Shown: positions 8,631 through 21,186, counted from the stretch's first letter. The stretch is DNA of 64,000 nt from Armatimonadota bacterium (GCA_031400935.1 JANNQV010000061.1:1-64000), one strand, 5' to 3'. The notes: generated by a model from the sequence alone, not told the origin. Program-made: numbers and translations.

Positions 8631-11600
8631 ATGCGCATTGGCGACTGGGTTCGTAGCATCCCCTCGCATCCGCGATTCGCGGGCCCCATTGTGCATGAAA
8701 ATTCTCACCAGGCCTGGACAAGTCTCGCCGACGAAGCCAAGCCCTTTCTCATTGCTTCAGAGTTTCATCGAAACGACAGAAAGATTCTGATTGTCGCCCC
8801 AACTTATGAACGATGTTTAAAGTGGCAAGCGCGACTGGCAATGTGCGGAGTCCCCGACTCCCAAATTCACCAACTTCCGGATGGCATTTCGGCGCTGTTT
8901 GAAGACTCAGCTCCTGAGCACATCGCACTTTCAGATCGAATTGGCGCCCTTCGAGCACTCGTTGACCCTTATCCGGCAATCATTATCGCCGCACCTGGGG
9001 CGGTCCTTGAACGAACTCTTCCCCTAGATGTATTAGAAGAGGTTTTCCTAGAAATTCAAGTAGGTCTAAAGATCGAGCCAGACCAAATAGTACGCCGGTT
9101 ACATAGATTGGGCTATGAAGCCGCCGAGCCAGTTCGAATTCCCGGCCAAATGTCTCAACGCGGCGGGATTTTGGACGTCTTTTTGAGCGGCTTGGATGCA
9201 CCTGTTCGAATAGAGTTTTTCGGAGACGAGGTTGATTCCCTGCGAACTTTTGATCCTAATTCCCAAAGATCAAGCGGAAAACTGTCTGCAATTGGAATTA
9301 CGCCGAGTCGCGAAACTCTCCTTCCAGAAGACGCAAGGGCGTTCAGCGAATTGCTTCGACATTCGCTTGAGCAAGAGGCGGCAAGTCTTGAAGAATCTGC
9401 CGCAATTCGTTTAGAGGAAATCGTTGGCGGCGACATAAAGGCTATCGAACTGCGTTCGTACTTTGACCGAGTTGACCTATATCGTCCTCTTTTGCATCCC
9501 GATTCGGGCTGCGCGCTTGACCTTTTGGGCGAAGGCGGTTTGGTTGTTCTAGACGAGCCGCTTGAACTAAAAACGATTGCGATTCGAACTTTTGAAGAAC
9601 TGACGAATGCTTTAGAATCCCGAACGCTGCGCGGCGAAATTCTTCACGCTTATTCAAACGACTATGTGTTTTCATGCGATCATTTAGGCTCATATGAAAC
9701 CACTCTAGCATTGAGTTCGCTGCAATCAATGCCGTCGTGGTTGATGGTGGAACATGACACCGACCTTGAGATCGCGAGCCTCGAACCGTATCGGAGCAGT
9801 TCAGAAATATTCGTACCAGCTCTGAAAAGATTTGCCGAAGAAAGACTGACAGTAGTGTTTGCGAGCGATCAATCGAGTCGCGCAAAAACAATGCTTTCGC
9901 AAATTGAAGTTTTCCCTCAGGAAGCTACTCCCGAGGAACCTGGCGCCTATCTTCTTCAAGGAAACTTGGCAGGCGGATTTGTTTGGCCTGATGCAAAATT
10001 GGCAGTGGTTACAGATGCTGAATTGTTTGGAGTTGGACGCCTTCGTTTGCCTCAAAGAAGATTTTTAGAAGGCGCTCCAGTTGCGACCGTTCTCGACCTA
10101 AAACCAGGCGATTTTGTAGTGCATATTCATTTTGGAATCGGCATTTTCAGAGGGCTGGTCCGAAAGCAAATCGAAGGGATTGAACGAGAGTTTTTGTTCA
10201 TCGAATATGCGCCGCCTGACAAATTGTTTGTTCCCGCCGACCAGCTAGATCGAGTTCAAAAGTATTTGAATCCGGGTGAAGCGTCACCGAAAATCAATCG
10301 CTTGACGGGCACAGAATGGCAGAAAACCATTGCGAAAGCGAAGGAGGACGCTCGGGCGTTCGCGCAAGACCTGGTCAAACTGTATGCTGAGCGGCAAGTC
10401 GTTCAGCGGCGTCCCTTTGGACCTGATTCAGCATGGCAAGCGGAGATGGAATCAACCTTTCCGTGGATTGAAACTCCAAGCCAGATGCAAGCGATTCGAG
10501 ACGTAAAAGTAGATTTGCAGAGCCCAAATCCAATGGATCGTTTGATTTGTGGTGACGTAGGATTTGGAAAAACTGAAGTCGCTATACGGGCAGCGTTCAA
10601 GGTTGTTCAAGAAAATCGCCAGGTCGCAATTCTATGCCCAACGACCATTCTTTCGGAGCAGCACTTTCGAAACTTTGCAGAGAGGCTTAATTCTTTTGGA
10701 GTTCGGGTTGCAGTTTTGAACCGCTTTGTCAGCACAGCAGAAAGGTCACTCACTCTCTCGAAATTGAAGCTCAGGGAACTTGACATTTTGATTGGAACAC
10801 ATGCACTTTTGAGCAAGGAAATCGTGTTCAAAGAACTTGGACTTGTGGTTATTGACGAAGAGCAAAAATTCGGCGTCAAGCAAAAGGAAGTCTTGAAGAA
10901 ATTGAGAAGCGAAGTTGACGTTCTCTCAATGTCAGCTACCCCAATTCCGCGAACGCTCAGCATGGCGCTGATGGACATTCGTCAGATGTCGCTCATCAAT
11001 GATCCCCCTCCAGGGAGGTTGCCTGTTCGTTCCTATGTGCGCCCTTACTCAAAGGAAGTTATAAAGGAGGCAATTCTCAGAGAGTTAGCTCGTGGAGGAC
11101 AGGTTTTTTATGTCTACAATCGCGTCCAAGGTATTCAACATATCGCTCAAATGATCCAGAAGCTGGTGCCAAATGCACGAATTGGAGTCGGGCATGGGCA
11201 AATGCACGAGCACGAAATCGAGCCTGTCATGGTTGGTTTTGTTCGTGGGGAAATTGATGTCTTGGTATCTACTTCGATTATCGAAAACGGCATTGACATT
11301 TCAAATGCAAATACGCTTATTGTCGAAAACGCGGATCGCTTTGGACTTTCGCAGCTTTATCAATTGAAGGGAAGAGTTGGCCGTTCTGATAGACAGGCAT
11401 ATTCTTATTTCCTCTATGAAACGAATAAAGATTTGAACGAGGCCGCGATGCAAAGGCTCCAAGCTCTTCAAGAATTTGGCACTTTGGGTGCGGGCTATTC
11501 GCTTGCTTTTCGAGATTTGCAGATTCGAGGCGCGGGTGAACTTTTGGGGGCCAAACAATCTGGTGCCATGACCGCTGTCGGGTACGAGCTTTATTCCCAA

Positions 11601-12146
11601 TTGATTAATGAGCAAGTAGAACTCTTGAAAAATGCCGTTGACGGTGTCCCACGGCCTGTGGATGCCGATGAAGCCATTTTCAAGTCGCCGCTACCAGCTT
11701 TTGACATTCCTGCTGATGCGCATTTGCCAGAGACCTACATTGCAGATGCAGCCCACAGACTCTATTTTTATCAGCAAATGATGAAAGTTCGTGTTCTTGA
11801 TGCTTTAGGGGAAGTGAGAGCGGAACTTGTTGACCGCTATGGACCGTTGCCCGAACAAGCTGAAGCAGCATTCCAAGTCATCAATTTGCGAATCCTTGGC
11901 AGGAAGTTAGGCATCGAAAAATTAGAGGCAGCAGGAGGTCGTATCGCGACCACGATTCGAAATCGAGGACAGATTTCCCCGATTGTAATCAGCATGCTTT
12001 CTCGAAAGAATCGAGACGCATATTTCACCCGAGATCAGCTCATTTGGCCGTATATCGGGCAACCGCTAGACGCAGTAGAGCGGATGATAACGGCAATGGA
12101 AGTGGCAATCGAGGAGGTTGAAGAATCTCGCGTTTCAACAAACTAG
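8631..12146 (+). CDS. mfd: Transcription-repair coupling factor
   Basis: UvrB-homology region, CarD/RID (GDFVVHIHFGIG), CGDVGFGKTEVA, DEEQKFG, SATPIPRTL and TRG motif. Confidence 0.98.
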   Translation: MRIGDWVRSIPSHPRFAGPIVHENSHQAWTSLADEAKPFLIASEFHRNDRKILIVAPTYERCLKWQARLAMCGVPDSQIHQLPDGISALFEDSAPEHIALSDRIGALRALVDPYPAIIIAAPGAVLERTLPLDVLEEVFLEIQVGLKIEPDQIVRRLHRLGYEAAEPVRIPGQMSQRGGILDVFLSGLDAPVRIEFFGDEVDSLRTFDPNSQRSSGKLSAIGITPSRETLLPEDARAFSELLRHSLEQEAASLEESAAIRLEEIVGGDIKAIELRSYFDRVDLYRPLLHPDSGCALDLLGEGGLVVLDEPLELKTIAIRTFEELTNALESRTLRGEILHAYSNDYVFSCDHLGSYETTLALSSLQSMPSWLMVEHDTDLEIASLEPYRSSSEIFVPALKRFAEERLTVVFASDQSSRAKTMLSQIEVFPQEATPEEPGAYLLQGNLAGGFVWPDAKLAVVTDAELFGVGRLRLPQRRFLEGAPVATVLDLKPGDFVVHIHFGIGIFRGLVRKQIEGIEREFLFIEYAPPDKLFVPADQLDRVQKYLNPGEASPKINRLTGTEWQKTIAKAKEDARAFAQDLVKLYAERQVVQRRPFGPDSAWQAEMESTFPWIETPSQMQAIRDVKVDLQSPNPMDRLICGDVGFGKTEVAIRAAFKVVQENRQVAILCPTTILSEQHFRNFAERLNSFGVRVAVLNRFVSTAERSLTLSKLKLRELDILIGTHALLSKEIVFKELGLVVIDEEQKFGVKQKEVLKKLRSEVDVLSMSATPIPRTLSMALMDIRQMSLINDPPPGRLPVRSYVRPYSKEVIKEAILRELARGGQVFYVYNRVQGIQHIAQMIQKLVPNARIGVGHGQMHEHEIEPVMVGFVRGEIDVLVSTSIIENGIDISNANTLIVENADRFGLSQLYQLKGRVGRSDRQAYSYFLYETNKDLNEAAMQRLQALQEFGTLGAGYSLAFRDLQIRGAGELLGAKQSGAMTAVGYELYSQLINEQVELLKNAVDGVPRPVDADEAIFKSPLPAFDIPADAHLPETYIADAAHRLYFYQQMMKVRVLDALGEVRAELVDRYGPLPEQAEAAFQVINLRILGRKLGIEKLEAAGGRIATTIRNRGQISPIVISMLSRKNRDAYFTRDQLIWPYIGQPLDAVERMITAMEVAIEEVEESRVSTN

Positions 12147-12160
12147 GACTTCCTAAACGA

Positions 12161-13345
12161 GTGGTTCAATTGGGTTGGATCAGCTTTTGGGCAGATGTCT
12201 GTTCTGAAATGGCGTATCCAATTTTGCCGCTGTTTCTGACTGGCGTTTTGCACGCGCCTGCTTCAGCAATTGGAGCCATTGAGGGTCTTGCAGAGGCTAC
12301 CGTAAGCTTCATGAAGGGCTGGTCTGGACGACACTCTGACAAAGCAAGGAAGCGCGTTCCTTACATTCGGTGGGGCTACGGAATCAGTTCAGTTGCCAAG
12401 CCCATGATTGGATTAGCTTTTGGTTGGCCTCTCGTATTGTTTGCAAGGGTTCTTGATCGTGTTGGAAAAGGAATTCGTACTACGGCACGAGATGCTATGA
12501 TCGCTGATTCGGTTGAACCTGATCAGTACGGTAAGGCCTTTGGATTCCACCGAGCTTTAGATACTGCGGGTGCGTTTGTAGGAGTTGGTATTGCACTCTT
12601 CCTACTTTGGCTCACGCCTGGCAATTACCGATTCATCCTTCTGGCAGCCATTGTGCCGGGAGTGCTGGCTGTATTCCTTACTTTTCGCTTAAAGGAGCCT
12701 GAAGCAAGTGCAAAGGCTGTTGAATCAGTAACAATTGAAGCAATTCAGAATCTAAGTTGGATCCAAACAGTTCGCAAGCTTGATTCAAAATATTGGCGTG
12801 CCGCTATCCTTGTTTTCATATTCGGGCTTGCAAACACAAGCGACGCCTTCTTACTCCTCCATGCCAAATCAACTGGCCTTTCCGATACAGCTGTCATCGG
12901 AGCCTACATGTTGTTCAATCTGGTAGTGGTCTTGACTTCTACAAAACTCGGAATCCTCAGCGACCGAATTGGCAGGTGGAATTTGCTTTTGATTGGTTGG
13001 CTACTTTATGGCGGAGTGTATTTGTGGTTTGGAATGGCAAGCCAAGCCATGATTTGGCCTTTGTTTGCAGCGTACGGCTTGTATTACGGATTCAGTCAGG
13101 GAGTCGGACGTGCATTAGTCGCCGATCATTCTCCAAAGGAATTTCGAGGAACTGCTATCGGGCTGTTTTTCATGCTTTCAGGATTTGCGACTTTGGCAGG
13201 GAACCTGATTATGGGACGCATCTGGGATGTCTCTTCGCCAAAAATGGCATTTCAAGTGATGGGTTGCATTGCGATCTTCGCTGCAATTCTGATTCCGCTA
13301 ACTTCTAGGATTGGATCGAGTACTAGCCCGCATCTCCTCTCGTAG
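12161..13345 (+). CDS. MFS transporter
   Basis: About 12 TM helices; GRHSDKARKR and GILSDRIGR motif-A loops; DRVGKGIRTTARD. Confidence 0.92.
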   Translation: MVQLGWISFWADVCSEMAYPILPLFLTGVLHAPASAIGAIEGLAEATVSFMKGWSGRHSDKARKRVPYIRWGYGISSVAKPMIGLAFGWPLVLFARVLDRVGKGIRTTARDAMIADSVEPDQYGKAFGFHRALDTAGAFVGVGIALFLLWLTPGNYRFILLAAIVPGVLAVFLTFRLKEPEASAKAVESVTIEAIQNLSWIQTVRKLDSKYWRAAILVFIFGLANTSDAFLLLHAKSTGLSDTAVIGAYMLFNLVVVLTSTKLGILSDRIGRWNLLLIGWLLYGGVYLWFGMASQAMIWPLFAAYGLYYGFSQGVGRALVADHSPKEFRGTAIGLFFMLSGFATLAGNLIMGRIWDVSSPKMAFQVMGCIAIFAAILIPLTSRIGSSTSPHLLS

Positions 13346-13708
13346 AATTGAAAGTTCGACACCGGCTGCTTCCGCTACATGAGGAATTGGCGGTAACGCC
13401 TTTTCGGTTGTCAATGTGATGCCTTGAACTTGTGGAAATTCAGCAAAGAGCTTTTCCGCCAATGCCCAATTCATTGCCTCAATTGTCCTGAATTGTTGAG
13501 AAGTGCAAATGTGGACGGCTAGTTTTGCCACTTCGCTGTAGTCCAGTGTTTGCTTAATGTCATCTGAGACTGGATTGGCTGGACCTGAAAAATCGCAAGC
13601 AATTCTCATTCTGTAGCGGTGACCGATTTTTTGCTCTTCGTCCGAAACTCCGTGGTAACCATAAAACTCGAGACCATCTAAATAAACCTGCCACTCTCCA
13701 ACTGCCAT
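13298..13708 (-). CDS. folB: Dihydroneopterin aldolase
   Basis: FYGYHGVSDEEQKIG, TLDYS, FRTIE and EK..PPIP motifs; ATG 13708 preferred as start. Confidence 0.92.
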   Translation of the reverse strand: MAVGEWQVYLDGLEFYGYHGVSDEEQKIGHRYRMRIACDFSGPANPVSDDIKQTLDYSEVAKLAVHICTSQQFRTIEAMNWALAEKLFAEFPQVQGITLTTEKALPPIPHVAEAAGVELSILREEMRASTRSNPRS

Positions 13709-13791
13709 AAGAATACTGTAGCCGTTTTGGGACAAGATTCACATTCAAACGGCGCTTCACGATCATTTCTCCGCTAGAATGGTAGTGCAAT

Positions 13792-14436
13792 ATGGCAAAA
13801 TCTAAAGAGAGAGCCGACCGCTTTACATGGAATCCCGAAGATATTCAGGAAATCAAAATGTCAACTACTGAACAAGACTTACATTTGGCAACACTTATCA
13901 ACAAACTCGACGAGGCGGTTGAATCTAGCGACGGTAAAGTCTGTTGTTACCGAGTAAAGGCCGTGCTTGAAGATGCTGTTTGTTCGGCAAACTGCTTCTT
14001 GGATGAAAGGCATACTAGGTCCGCAACTGACCGTTATGCCAGAAATTTGGTTCATATTGATCCAAAGGGCAGGTATTCCGTTATCGCAATGGTCTGGGGC
14101 CACGGTCAAGGAACGCCCATTCATGATCACGACAATATGTGGTGTTGCGAGTGCGTTGTAAAGGGTCGAATCAAGGTTGTCAGCTATCGTCTACTTGGCG
14201 GCCTCGAAGACGAATTAGTAGATTTTAAGCCTGAACTTGAGATATTTGCTGGCCCAGGAGAAGCAGGCGCACTTATTCCTCCATTTGATCATCATACAAT
14301 CGAAAATATGGAAGCCGAACCAAGCGTAACTCTACACGTTTATGGCGGAGAAATGACTCATTGCCATGTATTTCTTCCACTTGAATCGGGCGGATATGAG
14401 CGTGTTGAAAGACAGTTAGTCTATACGACTGTTTAG
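13792..14436 (+). CDS. Cysteine dioxygenase type I family protein
   Basis: YARNLV, W..GQGTPIHDH, HTI and TLHVY motifs; alternative start at 13858. Confidence 0.9.
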   Translation: MAKSKERADRFTWNPEDIQEIKMSTTEQDLHLATLINKLDEAVESSDGKVCCYRVKAVLEDAVCSANCFLDERHTRSATDRYARNLVHIDPKGRYSVIAMVWGHGQGTPIHDHDNMWCCECVVKGRIKVVSYRLLGGLEDELVDFKPELEIFAGPGEAGALIPPFDHHTIENMEAEPSVTLHVYGGEMTHCHVFLPLESGGYERVERQLVYTTV

Positions 14437-15014
14437 CCGTTTTCCCGCATCATTGTTGGTGAAAACTTTGAACTTGGCGTATGAGTTAGTTCACAGAGAC
14501 GACCTAAGAATTGGGCAATGGCGAAGCCAAAATCTTCTGGCAACATTCCGGTTGACTTTGAAGTCGCGATTGGATCGTACCTGCCGATGAAACCCCACAA
14601 AATCAACTTTTCGACCATTTTTCGAGTAGGGTCTGATCCTGGGATTGTGATTAACTTCAATTCGATCAATGCAGGGTTCGCTGTATATTTGAACTTTGGT
14701 TTGCAGAGCTGATAAACGCGGTGGAATTCGGAAATGATTTCAGATCGAGAGGCGTTGCCTGCAACCGGATAGGTAGTAGCTGAGCTTGATTTAGTCTGAA
14801 CAATTGACTTTGCCACGGCTTGATCCAATTTTTGAAAAATTGCCGAGACTTCGGACCGAGTTACAAGTGATGTACTGTTTTGCCGCGTTGATCCATCTTG
14901 CTTGGGTTTAGGATTATTTTGACCCAAAGTCTGTGATCTCGTCAATTTAGGACTGCCTATTGAAAGCAGAAATGCTCCTAGAAGAATCTTAGATATTGGA
15001 CAAAAATAACTCAT
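14433..15014 (-). CDS. Secreted hypothetical protein (SLH-like segments)
   Basis: Signal-like N-terminus; repeated VTRSEV / ASRSEI motifs. Confidence 0.6.
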   Translation of the reverse strand: MSYFCPISKILLGAFLLSIGSPKLTRSQTLGQNNPKPKQDGSTRQNSTSLVTRSEVSAIFQKLDQAVAKSIVQTKSSSATTYPVAGNASRSEIISEFHRVYQLCKPKFKYTANPALIELKLITIPGSDPTRKMVEKLILWGFIGRYDPIATSKSTGMLPEDFGFAIAQFLGRLCELTHTPSSKFSPTMMRENG

Positions 15015-15021
15015 TTCACAC

Positions 15022-16041
15022 CTACAATGTTGTTACGGCTCCACTAGCACGAATGGTTTCGTATTCTTCGAGCGCCTTTCCGGTTCCTATTGCAACGCAG
15101 TTGAGAGCGTTTTCAGCCACTCGAACCGGGATCGCCGTTTTCAATTGAATCAGACGGTCTAGCCCTCGCAAAAGTGCTCCCCCACCGGTAAGCCAAATCC
15201 CGCGCTCGATAATGTCAGAGGCGAGTTCTGGCGGTGTATCTTCTAACACCCTGCAAAGGCGCTCTGCGATTTGGCCAAGAGGTTCCATTAGTGCTTCACG
15301 AATCTCCTCGCTTGTGACTTCGACAGTCTTTGGCAATCCAGCAATCATATCTCGGCCTCTTACTTCCATCGTCATTTCCGTCTCGAGGGGGTAGGCAGAC
15401 CCAATTCGAATCTTGATTTCCTCTGCGGTGGGTTCGCCTATCATCAAGTTGTATGTATTTCGTGTATGTCGAATGATCGCTTCATCCAATTTGTTTCCTG
15501 CCACGCGTATGCTCGTGCTGACAACAATTCCTCCGAGGCTGATTACTGCAATATCGGTTGTGCCTCCGCCGATATCAACGACCATGTTTCCGCCTGGCGT
15601 TTCTATAGGCAATCCGGCACCGATGGCGGCTGCCATTGGTTCTTCGATAGTCATGGCCTCGCCCGCGCCAGCTTCTCTTGCTGCTTTGATTACTGCACGA
15701 CGTTCGACGTTTGTAACCCCACTTGGAACGCAAATCAAGACTCGGGGCTTGAACATCGGACGCCTTCCAACGACCTTTATTAGGATGTGTTCAAGCATCT
15801 TGAGCGTTGTCGTGTAGTCTGCGATGACGCCATCTTTAAGAGGTCGAATGGCAGCGATGTTTCCAGGTGTTCGGCCAAGCATTTCTCGGGCATCGTTTCC
15901 AACGGCAAGTACAACGCCTGTCTGAGTATTTATTGCGACAACTGTAGGCTCAGAAAGGACAATTCCTTTGCCTCTTCGGAACACAAGAAGATTTGCGGTA
16001 CCCAAGTCTATACCAATGTCAGCTGAGAATTTAAACTTCAA
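15022..16041 (-). CDS. mreB: Rod shape-determining protein (MreB/Mbl family)
   Basis: [27 protein letters not shown] and [11 protein letters not shown] start overlaps the murA stop. Confidence 0.96.
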   Translation of the reverse strand: MKFKFSADIGIDLGTANLLVFRRGKGIVLSEPTVVAINTQTGVVLAVGNDAREMLGRTPGNIAAIRPLKDGVIADYTTTLKMLEHILIKVVGRRPMFKPRVLICVPSGVTNVERRAVIKAAREAGAGEAMTIEEPMAAAIGAGLPIETPGGNMVVDIGGGTTDIAVISLGGIVVSTSIRVAGNKLDEAIIRHTRNTYNLMIGEPTAEEIKIRIGSAYPLETEMTMEVRGRDMIAGLPKTVEVTSEEIREALMEPLGQIAERLCRVLEDTPPELASDIIERGIWLTGGGALLRGLDRLIQLKTAIPVRVAENALNCVAIGTGKALEEYETIRASGAVTTL

Positions 16042-17330
16042 GAAAGTACTTCTTTCGGTCCCGCTGATTCTTCTTCGATGCGTGTAACCGAGGCTCCGAG
16101 TTTCTGTAGCGTACCCTCAATATCTTCGTAGCCGCGATCAATGAAGTGGATATTTCGAACTGTTGTCTCACCCTCAGCGGCGAGTCCAGCAAGTACAAGT
16201 GCAGCACCAGCACGAAGATCTGATGCTTCAACAATTGCGCTGTCGAGCTTCTTTACACCAGTAATCAATGCTGTTCGGCCTTGCAGCTCAATGTTTGCGC
16301 CCATGCGCCTCAATTCAGGAATGTGGCCGATACGGCTCTCGTAAATCGTCTCTTCGATTGCACTAATACCACTCGCTAAGGTAAGTGCGGCGGCCATAGG
16401 CTGTTGCATATCAGTAGGGAAACCTGGGTGAGGCATTGTCTTTACCCGAATCCCTTTCATCCTTCCATTTGACTTTGCTCGAACCCAGTTTGGACCCTCT
16501 TCAACTTCAACCCCAGATTCAATCAGTTTGTTTATTAGGGCGGTTTGGTTTTCGGGCAAAATATCTGTAACTGTGACATCGCCGCCAGTAATGGCTCCTG
16601 CCAAAAGATATGTTCCAGCTTGGAGGCGGTCATCTGGAATTCGATAAACGCTGCCTTGGAGCGACTTTCGTCCTGTAATGGTAATCGTTCCAGTTCCGGC
16701 ACCTTCAATATTCGCACCAATCGAGTTTAGGAAACCTGCAAGAGCAGTAACTTCAGGTTCAATCGCGGCATTGTCAATCGTAGTAATGCCATCAGCGAGA
16801 CAAGCAGTAGCCATCATGTGCTGGGTGGCACCTGCGCTTGGAAAATCGAAATAGAGATTAGCCGCTTTAAGCCCGTTTGTTTCAGCGAAGTACCAACCAT
16901 TCTCTAGCCGAATCGTAGCTCCCATTGCCTCAAGGCTCTTGAGATGGTAATCAACAGGGCGAGCACCGATCTTACATCCACCTGGAGCAGGGATTCGGAC
17001 TCTTCCAAGCCGCGCAAGCAGTGGGCCAAGTAAGTAGAAAGATGTTCGGATTAATCGGACTTGATCTTCTTCAGGTTCAGAAAAACAAATATCTGATGAG
17101 TCAATAAAGAGCGAGCCTTCTATCATTCGAACTTTCGCACCGAAAGTTTCGAGAAGTTGAGACTTTATCCGGATATCGGAAACATTTGGAACATTGTGAA
17201 GAACGGACTCTCCATCAGCAAGTAAAACGGCAGAAAGAATAGCAAGCCCGGCGTTTTTACTTCCGGGAGCTGAAATAGTGCCACGGAGCGGCGTTCCACC
17301 TGAAATCTGCAGTACTTTCATTTGCTCCAA
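16038..17330 (-). CDS. murA: UDP-N-acetylglucosamine 1-carboxyvinyltransferase
   Basis: [15 protein letters not shown] (catalytic Cys), PGFPTDMQ and DLRAGA motifs. Confidence 0.97.
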   Translation of the reverse strand: MEQMKVLQISGGTPLRGTISAPGSKNAGLAILSAVLLADGESVLHNVPNVSDIRIKSQLLETFGAKVRMIEGSLFIDSSDICFSEPEEDQVRLIRTSFYLLGPLLARLGRVRIPAPGGCKIGARPVDYHLKSLEAMGATIRLENGWYFAETNGLKAANLYFDFPSAGATQHMMATACLADGITTIDNAAIEPEVTALAGFLNSIGANIEGAGTGTITITGRKSLQGSVYRIPDDRLQAGTYLLAGAITGGDVTVTDILPENQTALINKLIESGVEVEEGPNWVRAKSNGRMKGIRVKTMPHPGFPTDMQQPMAAALTLASGISAIEETIYESRIGHIPELRRMGANIELQGRTALITGVKKLDSAIVEASDLRAGAALVLAGLAAEGETTVRNIHFIDRGYEDIEGTLQKLGASVTRIEEESAGPKEVLS

Positions 17331-17388
17331 AGTTCACTCAACTTGTTAATTCTACCTGGACACCATAAAACGTTCAATTTAAGCTGAA

Positions 17389-17925
17389 TTAGTGAAGTGT
17401 TGCCTCAAACTGGAATTCCTCAAATACGGGAAGGTAAATGGTCCAGTCCTGTCTGTTTTTAACCCGCAAGTATGTGGGAAGCGCAAGATAGGGAATGAAA
17501 TGGGGCCTTCGTGGCGGGCATTTCAGCTTCATGTTCGCTTGCTGTGGCGACTTGTCGCCCTTTTTTAGGTTGCATCTACGGCAGCAGGCGACTAGATTGT
17601 CCCAGGCATGCGGCCCGCCCGCCCATCTTGGCACTACATGATCTATCGTTAAATCTTTTCCTCGAACTCCGCAATATTGACAAGTGTAATTGTCTCTTGC
17701 GAGAACCGAGTGCCGTGAAAGCCGTAATTGAGGCATTGGGCGCTTAACCATATATCGCATCTTCATGACTGAAGGTGCTTGCAATGGCCCCGAGCCAGTA
17801 ATCACTGGAACCTCATGATGGTGCAGAACATCAGCCTTGTTGCCAAGAACAAGCGAAATTGCGCGTCGGACATCGCACACATGAAGTGGTTCGTAATTCT
17901 GATTGAGCAAAAGGACCTCTTTCAT
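17389..17925 (-). CDS. HNH endonuclease (McrA-like)
   Basis: VLLLNQNYEPL, RDNYTCQYCG, TIDHVVP, NLVACCRRCNLKKG. Confidence 0.93.
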   Translation of the reverse strand: MKEVLLLNQNYEPLHVCDVRRAISLVLGNKADVLHHHEVPVITGSGPLQAPSVMKMRYMVKRPMPQLRLSRHSVLARDNYTCQYCGVRGKDLTIDHVVPRWAGGPHAWDNLVACCRRCNLKKGDKSPQQANMKLKCPPRRPHFIPYLALPTYLRVKNRQDWTIYLPVFEEFQFEATLH

Positions 17926-18190
17926 GACAACCTATTTTCGCCGAGAAAAGACGCTTGAAAACCATTGTTGCCCCTACACATTAGCATACGGGCAAGTTGA
18001 ATAGCACAAAAGTTTTCGCGTATGATCGTATTGGCCCATTCCGATGGCCTGCGATGATTTGTGAACGTGTGCTTCATGTTGAACATGATTCAATATTTGG
18101 TTTGACGATGAATCTATTCGAAAAGGATCAAGTCACCGTTGCGATCTTGTAGTTTCTTAACCGACAATTCGTTGTCAATTTGCTTCGTCG

Positions 18191-18217
18191 TTGGCACTCT
18201 CTCCGGTATACTGCCAA
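18191..18217 (+). promoter_or_regulatory. CIRCE-like HrcA operator overlapping a TATACT -10 box
   Basis: TTGGCACTC-N9-TACTGCCAA against consensus TTAGCACTC-N9-GAGTGCTAA, about 60 nt upstream of groES. Confidence 0.8.
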
Positions 18218-18276
18218 TAACATTTCGGGCAATCGCTTGCAGATACCTTGAAATGATTTAAACTGGAGTTATTAGT

Positions 18277-18603
18277 ATGAAATTGAAACCCCTTCACGAT
18301 CGAATTATTATTGAGGCTGCGGAGAAAGAAACGACGACCGCAAGTGGCATCATCCTTCCGGACAGTGCGCAAGAAAAACCTCTTCGAGGAAGCGTAGTTG
18401 CAGTTGGACCCGGAAAAATGCTCGACAGCGGAAAGCTTGCACGTATGGAAATTTCTGTTGGCGAAACCGTTCTTTATGGCAAGTACGCAGGAACTGAAGT
18501 TACCGTTGAAGGCAACGATTACATAATTCTTCGTTCCGATGACGTTCTAGCAATCGTAACCGGCGCAGAAGCCAAAAAGAAGGAGAAAGTCGGCGCTAAG
18601 TAG
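18277..18603 (+). CDS. groES: Co-chaperonin GroES
   Basis: LKPLHDRI, TASGIILPDSAQEKP, VLYGKYAGTEV; GGAG Shine-Dalgarno. Confidence 0.98.
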   Translation: MKLKPLHDRIIIEAAEKETTTASGIILPDSAQEKPLRGSVVAVGPGKMLDSGKLARMEISVGETVLYGKYAGTEVTVEGNDYIILRSDDVLAIVTGAEAKKKEKVGAK

Positions 18604-18615
18604 GAAAGCGACTCG

Positions 18616-19413
18616 ATGATTGAATCGTTGCTCACGTTGCTCGCTTGCCCGACATGCCAATCGGAATTGGTCGTACAGCAATCGAATTCGGAAGTCCTTC
18701 ACTGCGAAAAGTGCCAGACGGACTACTTAAATGAGGGTGGGATTTGGTGCCTGTTGCCGCAAAGAGTGACGACAGAAGATGTCGAGGAGATCGCCAAGGA
18801 TCAAGAGCGCAAAGCAAGGGACGAGCAAGCTGGCGACTACGACCGAATGATTGGACTCAAGCTTTTTGGAATCGCAGAATTGCCCCTTACTCTTCGAATG
18901 ATGAAAAGAGAACGCGCTGATACCTTGGTTGAAGTAGGATGCGGAACGGGCAGAATGACAACCACTTTTGCAAAAACGGCACAACGAATGATCGCACTGG
19001 ATTTTTCGCTGGAATCTTTGAAACGGTGTCAGGCAAAACTGAAAACGAATGGAATTGAGAACGTAGTCTTGGTGCAGGCAGACGCGACCAGCCTTCCGTT
19101 TCAAAACGAGATCGCTGACCAGGTTGTTTCGTGCCAAGTCCTGGAGCATTTGCCGAACGAATCGGCAAGGTCCAAAATGATTGAGGAGTTAAGTCGAATC
19201 GCAACTCAAGGCGCATCGGTGGTTCTTTCAGCGTACAAACACTCTTTGCTTATGAAAATGTTTGGCAAAAAGGAAGGCGAGCACGAAGGTGGGATTTACT
19301 ACTACAGGTTTTCAAAGAGCGAGTTGAAGGAGCTTATGGGAAAATTTCTGACTGTAAATTCCATGACAGGGGCATTGGTCTATCACTACTTGGTTTCGGC
19401 GGAGAAGGTGTGA
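18616..19413 (+). CDS. Class I SAM-dependent methyltransferase with N-terminal Trm112-like zinc ribbon
   Basis: LLACPTC...LHCEKC, then EVGCGTG, LDFS, QADAT.LPF and QVLEHL. Confidence 0.88.
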   Translation: MIESLLTLLACPTCQSELVVQQSNSEVLHCEKCQTDYLNEGGIWCLLPQRVTTEDVEEIAKDQERKARDEQAGDYDRMIGLKLFGIAELPLTLRMMKRERADTLVEVGCGTGRMTTTFAKTAQRMIALDFSLESLKRCQAKLKTNGIENVVLVQADATSLPFQNEIADQVVSCQVLEHLPNESARSKMIEELSRIATQGASVVLSAYKHSLLMKMFGKKEGEHEGGIYYYRFSKSELKELMGKFLTVNSMTGALVYHYLVSAEKV

Positions 19414-19431
19414 GGGAAAAGTAGGGATTAC

Positions 19432-19530
19432 GAATTTAGAATTAAGAATTAAGAATTAAGAATTAAGAATTAAGCATGGGCCTGGTATCCGCAAGTGGAA
19501 ACTGCCAACAGCTAATTGCTAACTGCAAAC
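19432..19530 (+). repeat. Heptamer tandem repeats: GAATTAA x5 plus one variant, then an AAYTGCY-type array
   Basis: GAATTTA + (GAATTAA)5 at 19432-19473; AACTGCC AACAGCT AATTGCT AACTGCA at about 19500-19527. Confidence 0.9.
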
Positions 19531-19544
19531 CAACGACAATTTAG

Positions 19545-21179
<1,635 letters not shown>

Positions 21180-21186
21180 GGGAAAT

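Noticed and set aside
13298..13345. Convergent 3' overlaps (MFS/folB 48 nt; mutY/serine hydrolase 44 nt at 59171-59214)
   Set aside because: Short tail overlaps are common in compact genomes and involve only unconserved termini.
17389..17925. HNH gene as a homing endonuclease or defence system
   Set aside because: It looks like the widespread stand-alone McrA-like family, with no intron, intein, methylase or defence partners nearby.
19432..19473. Short tandem arrays as a possible CRISPR
   Set aside because: Units are 7-10 nt and contiguous, with no unique spacers and no cas genes.
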